Under the pieces are notes generated by a model, which was given only the letters and a program-made list of their open reading frames with translations, did no database searches and had not been told where the DNA came from. Positions 19,980-31,857 of a DNA stretch of 64,000 nt are shown in pieces (position 1 is the stretch's first letter; each line of letters starts with the position of its first letter). Location of the stretch: positions 1 through 64,000 of the forward strand of contig OZ237771.1 of NCBI GenBank assembly GCA_965178125.1, read 5' to 3'. This DNA is from Bilabrum cf. latius. Taxonomy: Eukaryota. Position numbers and translations under genes: made by a program.

Positions 19980-22900
19980 ATGCGGGCAGTTCGACGCTTG
20001 CAAGGAGCTTCAAGGCCGGGAGCGCGGATGGTCCATGATTTTCGTTGCTCCCTTCGTATGCAGTATGCCCTGTCATGGGGCACGTTGTCGCACCGAAGCT
20101 GGGTTCGCCCTTTAGCGGGCGCTCGCTTTCTGGCAGGCGACCGCGCACTGCACTCATGCCTAATTGCAAGGGGAGAAGGGCTCGCTGGCGATCAGCAGGT
20201 CATGTAGAGTGAGCAGGCAGTTTTGAAGAGGGAAGATACCCTTGATAAGGCCAGCAGTGCCCTGAATGATGCAAGGATTTCTGTGAAAGAGGCCAGGAGT
20301 GCTGTGGATAGAGCCGACGACGCTGTGTATGCTGCTGCCGAGGACATTCGCAACGCCAAGACGGACGAAGAGCGCGCCGAGGCCAGACAACGCGAGCTCA
20401 ACGCCATGCAGTAGCAAGACAAGGCCAATCAGAGGTATGAAGAGGCCAAGCTAGAGTATGAGCAGGCCAAGCTGTAGTATGAGCAGGCCAAGCTGTAGTA
20501 TGAAAAGGCTGAGCAGCGGTATGAGCAGGCCAAGCTGTAGTATGAAGAGGCCAAGAAGGACGCCCAAAACCTGTTCGCCGAGCAGCGAGAGCAAGCCATC
20601 GCGTTTCGCGACTGCATCCCGTCCGAGCGAACATCGCAGCACGCCCGAGCACTGGCCTCCATGATCAAGAAGGGCGAGGACGACTTCCAGAGCCTCGAGT
20701 ACCAGCGAAAGGCCCTCAAGCTGCCAGAACTTGCGAAACCACTGCCTTACCGCTGTCTCGATGATATGAAGATGCACACAGCCTTATGGTTTGTACAGCG
20801 AGTCGGATCTGGTCTCGACAAGTTCTCGCGAGTTGTTAGGGGTCTCGCGGAGCCGTCTAATACTTAGGATCGCAAAGTGCTGGTCGTCGCGCAGTCCTCG
20901 GGCTCTGGCAAAACCAAGCTCGCCCACGACGTTGCGCTTGAGAAGGGGGTCGCATCTGTCATTGCCACCGTAATTGATACCAATAATGATGGGCTAACAA
21001 TGCCTTTCGTGGACCTAGCAAAGAAATGGCCTGCGCTTTTCGACGCCGAGTACCCACACGGTGTCGAAAGCGAGACTGAGCGCATTGGTGACTTCAACGG
21101 CGACCTTTTTGTTGTCGTGCTCGCCGCCCACGTGGAGTGGGCTGCCCACGTTGCAGAGGAGCTGCACAAGCTCGGGCCAAGGCAGCGCAGTGAGAGTGAT
21201 GCCAACCGAGCCATAGTGATGTCGACATCAAATGGGGCCGGCCAGTTCGGCATCTCATCCTTGGTTCAAAACCGTCTTGACGGCATCCCACACATCCGCA
21301 AGGTCGATTCCTCGGCGCAGCTTGCAAACTGGGCGAAGGAGTACGTGCTTTCTGCAGCATCTAAACTGCAGGACGCCCAAGTGGCTCTGCGTGGGGAGCC
21401 AGCTGGAACACCTGTTCCTCAAGTACTGGTAACGATCGATGAGGCCCCGAGGCTTATAGTGCAGCGCTTTGGCACGAAAAATGACCACAGTAGCAGCTGG
21501 CTGCGAGCTGCAGCCCATGCACTGGCTGTCATGACGAACATGGGTGTCGCTAGTTGCATGACGGGCACCTTCTTCGACGTGGCAAAGCTGTTGGACGACA
21601 CGTATTCGCCCTTGCGGGGACGTACTTGTGGCTTTTATCACGCGGAGAACATCACATCGGCTCTCTTGTGGCACGACCTGCTGCGCCGCCACGTTCCGAC
21701 TCTGCCAGAGGTCATCCCGCCAAGCATCTAGGCAGACCTGGAGCGCTTGGAAGGGCGGCCGATTTTCCTGTTTGACATCCTTTTAACGGAGGTTTTCGCC
21801 GAGCTGGCCTACGAAACGTTTAGTTGGGATGAGTCTGGATGGCCGGAGGACATTCGAGCTATTGTGGACCCCTCCGCGCGCCGATTTGCAGGGTTCCTAT
21901 ACTTGTGCCTACGCGGCGCATGGCATAGTTCGGTGAATACCATGGTAGAGAGGATAGAAAAATTTACCATGCGTAGATGGAAGAAGGGCAAGCCACCGGT
22001 CATGTCGGAGAGTGACGGCAGCCAGCTGCTGCTTCAGATGCTAGACAGCGTTTTCCTGGAGGGTGGCCAACTGCCCTTGCTGAAGGCTGACTACGGCACC
22101 CGCAGCAAAAACAAAGACAAAAACGAAGAGATTATGAAGGATGCCGTGAGGCAGGGCGTGCTCGTCTACGACCCGACTGAAAAAGGGAGTGTGCTGCAGG
22201 AGCACGTGACAGTGGAAGCTGTGCGCAAGGTAGGGCGCAATATCGCGCTATCGCGGGAACCGATGGAGGACGAGTGGCTGCGTGACACAAGCCGCATGCT
22301 GAGAATGCGAAAATGGAGAGATTCCAAGGGGTTGCAGCTCGAATCTGCCTTCGCGTGGATGTTGATCCGTGCTTGCGACGACAAGGATGACGGCGTTAAG
22401 CTCCAGGATGCTCTGGCTGGGGTGGTCCCTGACGGATTCGTTTTTCCGAAAAGTGTGAGGGACAAGATCGTGAAGATCACGGGAGCTAGCCATGTCCCGG
22501 TGGTCGGCGATGGCAAGATGGACGACTGGCGTGCAATGTCCGGCACGAGCACAATCTGGTACGACTTCCACCAAAACGCTGGAATGGACCTCATGATGCG
22601 CACAACAGACGGCACGGTTATCGGCGTGCAGGCCAAGTCGGGCAAAGTTGACCTGGCGGACGCGGTGGCCAGCTGCAGCCTTGGTTGGCAGTACTTCTCG
22701 AGGAAGCCAATCGCGAGCAAATCGAACACGTTTTTACGGAAGCCTGGTAACTTGCGGCGATGGTTTCTTGATCATGCTCCTTTTGCGGCAGGCGAGGAGC
22801 ATCCGCGGCTAGTGTTCTCCGTGAAGGACTTCAGCCCAAGAGCCGTGGGTGCCGTGAATGCCTACAATGAGTTGCGCCCGCAGTCTGCCATCCTGCTGTG

Positions 22901-23099
22901 CCAGTCGTCGGACGCGGTGCTGGGCCCCCTGCATGGTGCTCTGAAGGATCTGACTAACGACAATGCGATTGACTTGAACCCTAGCAGTACCGCCGCGGCG
23001 CTGATGGTACACCAGGACGTCGGTGGGAAGAACGGGCTTCAAGGCGCGGGGCAGTCTTTCAGCGAGTGGCTGGCGGAGGAGAAGAAGGGGCGAAGGTGA
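19980..23099 (+). CDS. Crinkler/RHS-like P-loop NTPase + PD-(D/E)xK nuclease protein (~1,039 aa) with N-terminal coiled coil; ~7 in-frame TAG
   Basis: One frame across ORFs 19920, 20223, 20661, 20877 and 21747. Walker A SSGSGKT, Walker B LVTIDEA, nuclease-like GMDLMMRTTDGTVIGVQAK, heptad YEQAKL[Q/E] repeats. Ends in TGA. Confidence 0.75.
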
Positions 23100-23390
23100 G
23101 GCGGAGAGTAGGCACGATCTATAGTCTAATCTGGATTCCGGAATCCAGATTGAGTCACCCCTCTAGGTCTTCATCCGTTCATATGTTGCCATGGTAGAGT
23201 CTAAACCTGTCAGGATTCTGTAAGTCTATGGCATACTATTGGCAGTTGTCCAAGTTGCTCGTTGCGCACCCGGATGCTGTGTCGCTGTTAGCACTATTGG
23301 GCTCCCTTGGGTGGCTTCAAATGCAGCTCCCACCGTGAATCGCATGCATAAGATAGGAATCTAGGATCGATAGAGACTTCTCATTCCCCC

Positions 23391-23985
23391 AGGTGTGGTG
23401 ATCCACCTTGAGTCAGTCGCCTTCCTGGACCTGCCCAAGGAGAGGATGCTGGTGCGGATGAGGCGGGGGGTGACTACGGGGGAGCCGAGGGTCGTGATGA
23501 ACGCGCTGCGCATACTGGTACCCGACGATTAATTCCAGGTGCCGGAGACCACCAAACTGGTCCACGGAGCTGGCAGCCGAGGGCAAGCTGGTGTTCTTCA
23601 GCGCGATGGCCGTGGTCTCGGTCGCGCTGTGCTTCTTCGCTGCGTGGATGAGTTTCTCTGCGACGATCCTAGAGAACTCGAGGGAGTTGGGTGTGCTTCG
23701 GGCCGTGGGGCTGACCGGGACGCAAACCACTGTGGTGTACCTTGCCGAGGCTCTGTCGGTTGTGACGAGTGCGTTCGTGCTGGGCACGGGGATCGGCGTC
23801 CTGGTGAGCGCACTCTGACGTTTCGGTTCAATCTGTTCAGGGAGATGCCGTTCGGGTGTGTGTACCCCGGGACGCTGTTTGGGACGACGCTGGGGCTGAC
23901 AGCGCTAGCGGCGGAGGTGGCTTCGTACCTGCCAGCGCGGGGGCTGCTGCTGCTGCCGATCGCGAACGTGCTGAATGGTAGGTAG
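23391..23985 (+). pseudogene. Frameshifted C-terminal fragment of an FtsX-like ABC-transporter permease
   Basis: FFAAWMSFSATILENSRELGVLRAVGLT..VYLAEAL..LGTGIG, then a frameshift into FNLFREMPF..SYLPAR..IANVL. No N-terminal part is present. Confidence 0.7.
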
Positions 23986-24089
23986 GCTGCACCGACGGGT
24001 CGGGTGTAGCAATGTAGATCCCGTCTTTCTCTTGCACAGTGCGCATCCGTCTAGATTTAGACTAACCCAGAAGGGCTTCGCCACGCGAG

Positions 24090-25053
24090 GCAGTGGGGAA
24101 ATCGAAGGGATCCTCGGCAACATCATCAACACCGCCGTAGGATTTCGTAGAACGATGAAACCACGTGGGCTGTTCAAGGAGAGAGGTAGGTACGCGGACG
24201 CGATCTACACAAGGAAGGATGGCATCAACGTAGTCGTCGACGTGCTTGTGGCACAAGTGCACACACGGGTAAGTATGCACGCCGCATTCTCGACGAAACG
24301 AAGGGACCAGGCAAGCGGTCGGGGGCAGACTGGCAGAACGAGAGCGCACTATACGCAGGGGCGTAGGTGAAGCTGCAGATGTACTACCAACCCAAGGACC
24401 AGACGAGGCTGATCGCAGGACAGGTGCCGCCAGGAGGCAACGCACCAGGCCAACAGTATCGCAAACACATGAAATAAACGGGGAGGTACATTTTCCGAGA
24501 CTTCGTCGTTCTACACACCGGGAAACTTGGTACCGGCGCATGGAAGGTCTTAGAGGAACTGGCGAGGATCAGGCGAGAGCGAGTTGGGCCAGAGCAGAGC
24601 AAGAGCGTGGACGCACAGGTCAGGACGTGGGCCAGGCGCTTCACGATGAGTTTGGCAACGACACGGGCGAAGTACATGAACGACTATTACAAACATGTTC
24701 AGCTGGTTACTACACGCCGTGCCATTGCCGAGGAGGAGAAGAGGAGGGAGGACGCAGAGAGAGCGGAACAGCAACAGGAAGCAGCAGCAGTGGCAGCGGC
24801 AGCGGCAGGTGAGGCGGCAGAGGCCGCAGCACTCGCAGCAGTCGTTGAGCAGACCGAAGCTGAAGCCGACCAGCAGCGGGGAGCATTGCCGGTCGCACTC
24901 AACCTGCAGGGCGGAGCCCGGGGAGGAGCAGTCGCAGCTGCTGACCCTGGCGAAGCACCTCCTCAAGAGATCGAGCCCGAGGATCCAGGAGCTCCAGCTG
25001 CAGCACAACCCCACCACGGCGGGGTATAGGTGCTTCTGGATCATCCTGAGTGA
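24090..25053 (+). mobile_element. Degraded 3' portion (RLE + low-complexity tail) of a family-A-related retrotransposon
   Basis: RYADAIY..VVVDVLV and YIFRDFVVLHTGKLGTGAWKVLEELARIRRERVG..SKSVDAQVRTWAR are homologous to 13190-13340. Contains a frameshift and a TAA at 24475. Confidence 0.8.
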
Positions 25054-25336
25054 ACTCGGGAGTCTCGATGAGTGCCACAGAGATTAAGTGTTGGACGAGG
25101 GTCCGATGCGAGATCTCAAAGGTGATGATGATGATTGAATGTAACGATACGACTTTTCAGACTAAGAATTGTATTTGATAGTACGTAACTCATCAGATAA
25201 CCGTGACGTGTGATTTGGGCGACTATCCCCGGCGAGCATCCAAAGGATCCTGCGGGGCCCAACCGGAACGCACAATGTCCCCGATCGCGAAGGCGGGGGG
25301 GGGGGGGGGGGGCGGTGTCTAAAATTTGGTGAAAAA

Positions 25337-25795
25337 GTTGGTGAGGCCAGCAAGGTCTCTGAGATTGAGGTCGCGCGGTGGGTACAGGACCCGCTCGAGG
25401 TGCAGGCTCAGATGCGAGGTAGCGACGCAGATGAGAGTGAGAGTGCGGTAAATGAGGCCAGGTTAGTGATAATGGGCAGGAGCGGGGGCGGCGAGGGGTG
25501 GGCGAAGGAGGGGGGTGAGGGCGGAGTAGAGAGGGGTGACGCTTCACCAAGCGGGTGAGGGAGTAGTGGAGGAGAAGATGATTGATGGGGTTATCGGGTT
25601 GATACGGCGGATTGGTAGGGGGCTGAGGGGGGGGGGGGTACAGGCCGGACAGGTGGAGGTACGGGCGTGTTCAGGGGGATCGGATCGCCCGACCACATGC
25701 GGATGAGGGAGTTGGGAGGTCACAATTAGACTTAGGTGGCAATCAAGCCGCGTACTATTCGAGCGCTGCCCCTAGGTGCAGCGCTCGCCACTTTT
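25337..25795 (-). repeat. Uninterrupted copy of conserved non-coding element 'AB'
   Basis: The reverse complement matches 10107-10395 joined to 13848-13945. Confidence 0.85.
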
Positions 25796-26101
25796 TTCAA
25801 AAACGTGGGATCTCAACATGCGTTCATCATCATCACCTCTATTGCACTTATCGAGGCTCACTCAGGATGATCCAGCAGCACCTGTACCCCGCCGTGATGG
25901 GGTTGTGGTACAGCTAGAGCTCCTGCATCCTCGGGCTCGATCTCTTGAAGAGGTGCTTTACCAGGGTCAGCAGCTGCGGCTGCTCCTCCCGGGACTCCAC
26001 TCCAGCCTGCCTGCCAGCAGTGCGGGTAATTAAGGGCTCCGAGCTAAGCATCGTAGACTAGCGCCTACCGCATGCACGTGTACACAACTAGATAAGTAGC
26101 C

Positions 26102-27735
26102 ATGAGAGCCCGCAATCTAATTCCTGTACGAATGATCTTCTATATAGTAGTGCTGGGTATTTGTGCTTTATCCGCGGTGGTGTCTGGGAAGAGCACAGCG
26201 AAGCAGTTACGATAGGAGGGCGACAGGCATTTTCGATAGAAAGCGTACGACCGGGCCATTGAATCGTACGGAAAAGCTTTGCATGCTGAGCCATCTCCAC
26301 GACTCTACTACTAGGTGAGCTAATCGGCGGGCGCTCGATAGTTCTGGAATGCCACTGCCAGCTGGCGCCGCGAAATCATACTGTTTCTATGCTCTAGCTA
26401 CGAGTCAGCCCTGGCTACGTTCATGAGTCTAACTAGATCTTTATTTCGTTCTCGCAGAGATTTAAGGCATTCATCAAGAAGGGATAGCTCAGCAAAGCGA
26501 GGAAGGACCTGGATCGAGCGCTTGACTTGGACAGCACTTTCACGCTGGCAAGACTGCAACGGGCCAATCTGCGTTTGCAGGCGGGTGATTGCAGTGGTGC
26601 TACGCAAGACTATGAGGGGGTGCTGCGAGCAGATCCGACGAAACAGGACGCACAGCGTCGTGTCCCGGAGGCGCGCAGATGCGCGGCGCACGTCTCGCAG
26701 GCTCACCGGGAGGTCCAGCTGGGGCGATGGGGAGAGGTCACCCGCAACCTAGACGAGGCCATGGCCCCGGGGCGCGCCACTAGCAGCGTGGATCTGCTCG
26801 TGCTCGCAGCCCGCGCTAAGTTGGAGCAGCAGCAGGAGGATGACGCCGTCATGCTGGCGGGGAGGGCGCTCAAGATCGACCACAGGAGCATTGACGCGCT
26901 GGCCATGCGGGCCAGGGCGCTCTACCACAGGGGGGATGCAGAGCAGGCGCTCACTCACACGCAGCAGGCCCTCCGTCTAGACCCCGAGCACACGGAGGCC
27001 ATGAAGCTGCATCGGCGCATGCGGCAGGTGAGTCGGCTGGCAGCGCAGGCCAAGGAGGCGGCCGGGGCTGGAGACCACACGGGGGCGGCGGACGTGCTAG
27101 CAAAGCTTATTGCGGTGGACCCGGGAAACACGGCGGTGATGAATCCTCACCGGAGGGAGCTCTCAGGCGAGCTAAGGCGGGCCGGCCGGGCGTAGGAGGC
27201 GCTGCAGGTGGCTCAAGAGGCGGTGCGGGCGCACAGGGGGGATCTGAAGAACTGGCTGGAGCAGGCAGAGGCCGAGGCAGCGCTGGAGGATTTCGATGCC
27301 GCGCTGCGGTCCACTCAAGAGGCCACCCGGCTGGGAGGGGGCAATCGGGCGGAGAAGTGGCTGCGGGAGAAGTTGCGAGCTGCCCAGGTGGCACTGAAGA
27401 GGAGCAAGGAGTCGAATCATTACAAGGTGCTCGGAGTGGGGAAGAGCGCCACAAGTAGGCAGATCAAGAAGGCGTACAGGAAGCGGTCGCTGGAGACACA
27501 CCCCGACAAGGCGCCCAGCCAGGACGAGAGGGAGGCTTACGAGGCGGAGTTCCAGAAGGTGGCGCGGGCCTATGAGGTGCTGAGTGACGATGATAAGAGG
27601 AGGAGATACGACGCGGGGGAGGAGGACGTGGACTAGCCGCAGCAGCAGCAGAGGGGAGGAGGTGGGTTTCCACCCTTCTTCCGCCGAGGCCCTGGCGGGG
27701 GCGGGGGGCAGCGGTTCACCTTCCGCTTCGGCTAA
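26102..27735 (+). CDS. DNAJC3: DnaJ homolog subfamily C member 3 (P58IPK-like: signal peptide, TPR repeats, J domain); 1 intron, 6 in-frame TAG, TAA stop
   Basis: Exon 1 26102-26314, GT-AG intron 26315-26457, exon 2 26458-27735. Hydrophobic signal, TPRs, J domain [19 protein letters not shown], and C-terminal [10 protein letters not shown] followed by TAA. Confidence 0.9.
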
Positions 27736-28036
27736 CTTCACAACAATGAGCCAGTCATACATGGTTATTGGTCTATTTTATTACGTTTCTTTCAGGATGG
27801 TGTGCTGAGGCGTGGAATCTTTCGCAACAGAAATCCGAGTTTTGCATTTTGTAGCGTTTGAATTCACTGAACGGATCTGCGACAAGTTTGTGTGCAGCCG
27901 AGTGAGTCACGGATACTTGCAGTTCACGAGGCACAGCAAGCCAAGAGACCCTGAATAAGGATCCCTTTGTTTTATATTGCAGGCAATCCTCTGCCTGCTT
28001 GTCAGATACGGTTTCGAGCGCGCTATCTGAGTAATC

Positions 28037-30028
28037 ATGGCTGGAGTTGCTAGGTCGGGAGCTGCAGAGGCGCCACAGGCCGCCGTGCGTACACTAACTT
28101 AGGATCAGATCATGGATATCTTTGAGTATTATTGTAACTTCGGAAGATCCGCCGTGCAGAGCGTGCAGGACTCGATGGATTCGTTCATGTTCATGAAGTT
28201 CGCGCGCGAGTGCCCGCACCTGCTTGAGGGGGGGCTGTCTCGCACAGAGATCGACCTGATCTTCACCAAGGCGAAACCAAAATATGAACGTAGATTAGAC
28301 TTCGAGCACTTCCTGGACGCGCTCTCAGCCATCGCCGAGAAGAAGTACGAGGAGCACGACAGCCGTACGGCGCATCGGCTGCTGCTGCATCACCATCTCG
28401 TGCCACACTTCGATTTCGTGCAAGCCCAGCTCAGCAAGACTGGCGATAGCGAGATCCCATTGAAAGGGGTATTCAAGAAACTGTACGATCCTTCCAACTA
28501 CACGGGGGTGTATGCCGAGAGGTTCCGCTCGGGCGACGGGCGGATCAACGGGGAGGCGGACAACCGACCTGGTCGGTCGTTCCGCGGCAACACGAACACG
28601 GGCACAAATGAGGTGATCCACGACATCTCAACCTTGATGCGGCCGAACCTCCACGGCAAGGGGACATCGCTCGCAGAAGCGAACCGCTCGGGCAGCGGCT
28701 TGGGCGCGTCGGGCGGACTGAGTCGTTCTGGCAGCCGGCGCGCGATGGGGAGCAGCAGTCGGTCGTTCAGGAGCCCTTCGCGCCCGGGCTCCTCCAGGGA
28801 CCTACGGAGGGGGGCCAGCGGAGCCGCGGCGGGCGGGGCTGGCGGCGGCATGTTCTCGCCCATGGGACGACCCAGGGAGGAGGGCTCCGGTCCCCGTGCC
28901 GCCCCCCGTGCAGCTGCGCCCCCGATCGATCCTAAGGCTGAGAGCGCTGCTCTGCTGGTGGCGCTGGAGAAGGCAAAGGCGGGCGATCCCACTGAGCTGC
29001 TGGCGCTCACGAAGCAGCTGCAGCAGCAGGCTGCGGCGGTGTCTGGTGGCGGCGAGAGCAAGGGGCCAGAGGGGGATGCGGTGGAGGGAGAGGGAGAGGG
29101 AGAGGGAGAGGCGGGGTTTGGTGGTATGGCAGATGGCGAGGAAGCAGAGGCGGAGGCTCTGGAGGAAGAAATCCGGAGGAGGCACGCGGGGCACCGGGAG
29201 GCTGTCCGCGGGGCCGTCATGTCCCCCGACGACGACACCACCATCCTGTCGAGGCCCCCGCCACTGACGCAGACGGACATCATGGAGGTGTTCGAGTACT
29301 ACTGCAACTTCGGGAGATCCGCCGTGCAGAGCGTGCAGGACTCGATGGACTCGTTCATGTTCATGAAATTCGCGAAGGAGTGCCCGGGCCTGCTGGAGGA
29401 CGGGGTCAGCCGCACCGACGTCGACCTGATCTTCACCAAGGCGAAGCCCAAGGGGGAGCGGAGGCTCACCTTCACGCACTTCCTGGATGCGCTCTCAGCC
29501 ATCGCCGAGAAGAAGTACAGCACGTACGAGCCTGCAGATGGGCTGCGGCTGCTCATCGGACGGCACCTCGCCCCCCACCACGAGTGGGTTTTGGACGAGA
29601 TGGACAAGACTGGCGAGAGCGAGATCCCGCTCAAGGGGATCTTTAAGAAGCTGTACGATCCTTCCAACTACACGGGGGTGTATGCCGAGAGGTTCCGCTC
29701 GGGCGACGGGCGGATCAACGGGGAGGCGGACAACCGGCCTGGTCGGTCGTTCCGCGGCAACACGAACACGGGCACAGATGAGGTGATCCACGACATTTCG
29801 TCTCTGATGCGACCACATTTGCGTGGCGGAACCATGATGAAGTCCCGGCAGCAGCTGCTGGGTGGATCGCCGCGGAAAGCAGGGTCTTCCCGGGCACTTT
29901 CATCCCCTCGAGGTGGAAGGGGGAAGCCAATGCCGCACTACATGGCAGCCACAAAAGGATCCAGAGCCAAGGAGGCAGTTATGGGCATGGCAGGAGATGA
30001 GACGGAAGGACGCGGGCCTTGGTCTTGA
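28037..30028 (+). CDS. Tandem p25alpha/TPPP-like microtubule-associated protein (two p25alpha domains)
   Basis: Two near-identical domains (FEYYCNFG..FMKFA+ECP..DLIFTKAKPK..FLDALSAIAEKKY..KLYDPSNYTGVYAERF..GDG). ATG 28037, one TAG at 28100, TGA stop. Confidence 0.85.
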
Positions 30029-30985
30029 GATAAGTAGAACTGAGTCTCTCATGTTGCACGATCACTTATTTTATTCTTAACTGTTTCATGGGTGAACATA
30101 CACAACACGTCAAAGGAAGGTGGAGTCAACAAAGGTGGTTTCCATTGCATTCAATTAATCTATAGATGAACTTATTGCTAGACGAAAGTCTGTTTTGAAA
30201 AAACGCGAAAAAGTGATAACAAAAGTGCGAAATCAATGAATGTGCAGCATAGAAGTATGCTTATTCATGCACCATACCTACCAAATAGTCTCGAATTTGT
30301 GGATATCATGATGTTTTCTCAGATACATCCAGAGCTACATAATACTTTGAGACGATATGGTATGCTTGGAAAAAATGGTATTTCTGCGTCCTTATTGGTC
30401 GTCTTGATCGCTTGGATCCTCAATATTATTATGAAGTGCTTGTGCATAGCTCAACGGATTAGTAGACAACCTCATCCTTAGTCATACTGTGTCCGATTCT
30501 TAAATTCCAAGTTGTACTTGCCATCCTAGTTCACACGCTGGCTGCACAATCGAGTCTAAGAGCGACTTGGCTATCTTTTCTTGCACTCTTGATGGCTTCC
30601 ATAATCGAAAAGCAGCATTCCACTGCGGTTTGAAGGGGCCATCATCCCTGAAATTCGCAGGGTTGTTCCCATTCTTCGACTTCTTCACAACCAAATTAAG
30701 CTTGTGAAATGATCCCATCTTATTTCCAAATCAACACACGGATCAAATTGAATTAAGTTTTGCGAGTGACATCAAAAATGATGATCTGAAGTATTAAAAT
30801 GATGAAAGGGTAATTTAACTGCCCAAGCAAAATGAACTATGTCAGTACTGCGTGTAAGCGTCGTTTTCAGACCGCTACCATTGCAAGCTTATATTTTCAT
30901 AAGGGTCCAACAATACCACCTGAGACACCTGGAGGGCACCAGGTGACTCAATGAGGTCCAGCTGTGGAGTACCAGCCGATTGACG

Positions 30986-31050
30986 GGGAGGGAATGTGAA
31001 CGCCGACGCCCACCAGGTGGACAATCGGTTCCCAGGGTGGAGCTCAAGTA
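30986..31050 (+). mobile_element. Old, diverged remnant of the family B retrotransposon 3' end
   Basis: The reverse complement (gagctccaccctgggaaccgattgtccacctggtgggcgtcggcgttcacattccctcc) aligns with 14665-14723. Confidence 0.65.
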
Positions 31051-31857
31051 CTGATCATTAGACAGCAGTAGGTCGGCTTTCCGTTGTAGACGGGCGTTCT
31101 GAGGAGTTCTCATCCGAACTGCTTGCATCTTGCACCTCTTATTGAACAATAATATTGTGTTATTGCTTTTTTCTGAGACAGCCAATCATGCCATATAAAC
31201 TCAGCACCATCAGTTTGCTGGGTCACATGGAAGATTCTTGTCTGTCTATGCAAGTCAATGATCAGTACACTAGCAGCTGTGTCCGAATTCTGAGATGATC
31301 GTAAAATGCATCCTTCACAGAATATGAAAAAGCAATCAGGGTTAACTCGATGCCTGGCTGTAATCAATAAATTTTGAATATAAATATGAATTGTTTTTAT
31401 ACGACTATGCTACGATTTTCGTGGAGAGTCCTTGCCTCTTATTTACGTTGTGGCTTTGACTTTGTAAAATGTGATTCGACAAAGGATCTAATGCAACCCA
31501 GACGCCAGTCAAGTCATAGCAAAAACCAATAACGCATGCGTCGTGTCCGCACAAATCCTTGAATCCATAACGATATGATGAGAGCCACCAAATATGCGAA
31601 ATGAAAGTATACAAGACCCATGTCTCTACAGCATATTCAATTACATTGGAGTATCTTCAAGATGATTATGAATATAGCTGGTGAGTTCTGAGTAGAATTT
31701 TCTCTTGGCTTTTCTATTTAGAACTCCGAAATCACAACAGTGGCTTCAATTTCAGAAGATAATATTTTTTTGTTGGATTTAGCTTTGGTTTTATGTGGAA
31801 TAATCATACTACATGTCAGATAAATAATAATGCAATAGCAATGACTGCACGAGCCAG

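Noticed and set aside
20450-20545. UAG = Glu (KL[GAG]YEQ vs KL[TAG]YEQ; TAG in acidic runs at 60173-60181 and 59813-59830)
   Set aside because: These are low-complexity sites. Constrained sites (TGTPIQN, the LTQ repeat pair, the CAG/TAG paralog swap) favour Gln. Not formally excluded without genome-wide analysis.
24475-24477. In-frame TAA in an RLE fragment as evidence for UAA = Gln
   Set aside because: It lies in a degraded, frameshifted transposon remnant, and no intact gene shows an internal TAA.
25140-25205. Hammerhead ribozyme on the minus strand (CTGATGA...GAAA)
   Set aside because: No convincing stem II closing pair or stems I/III.
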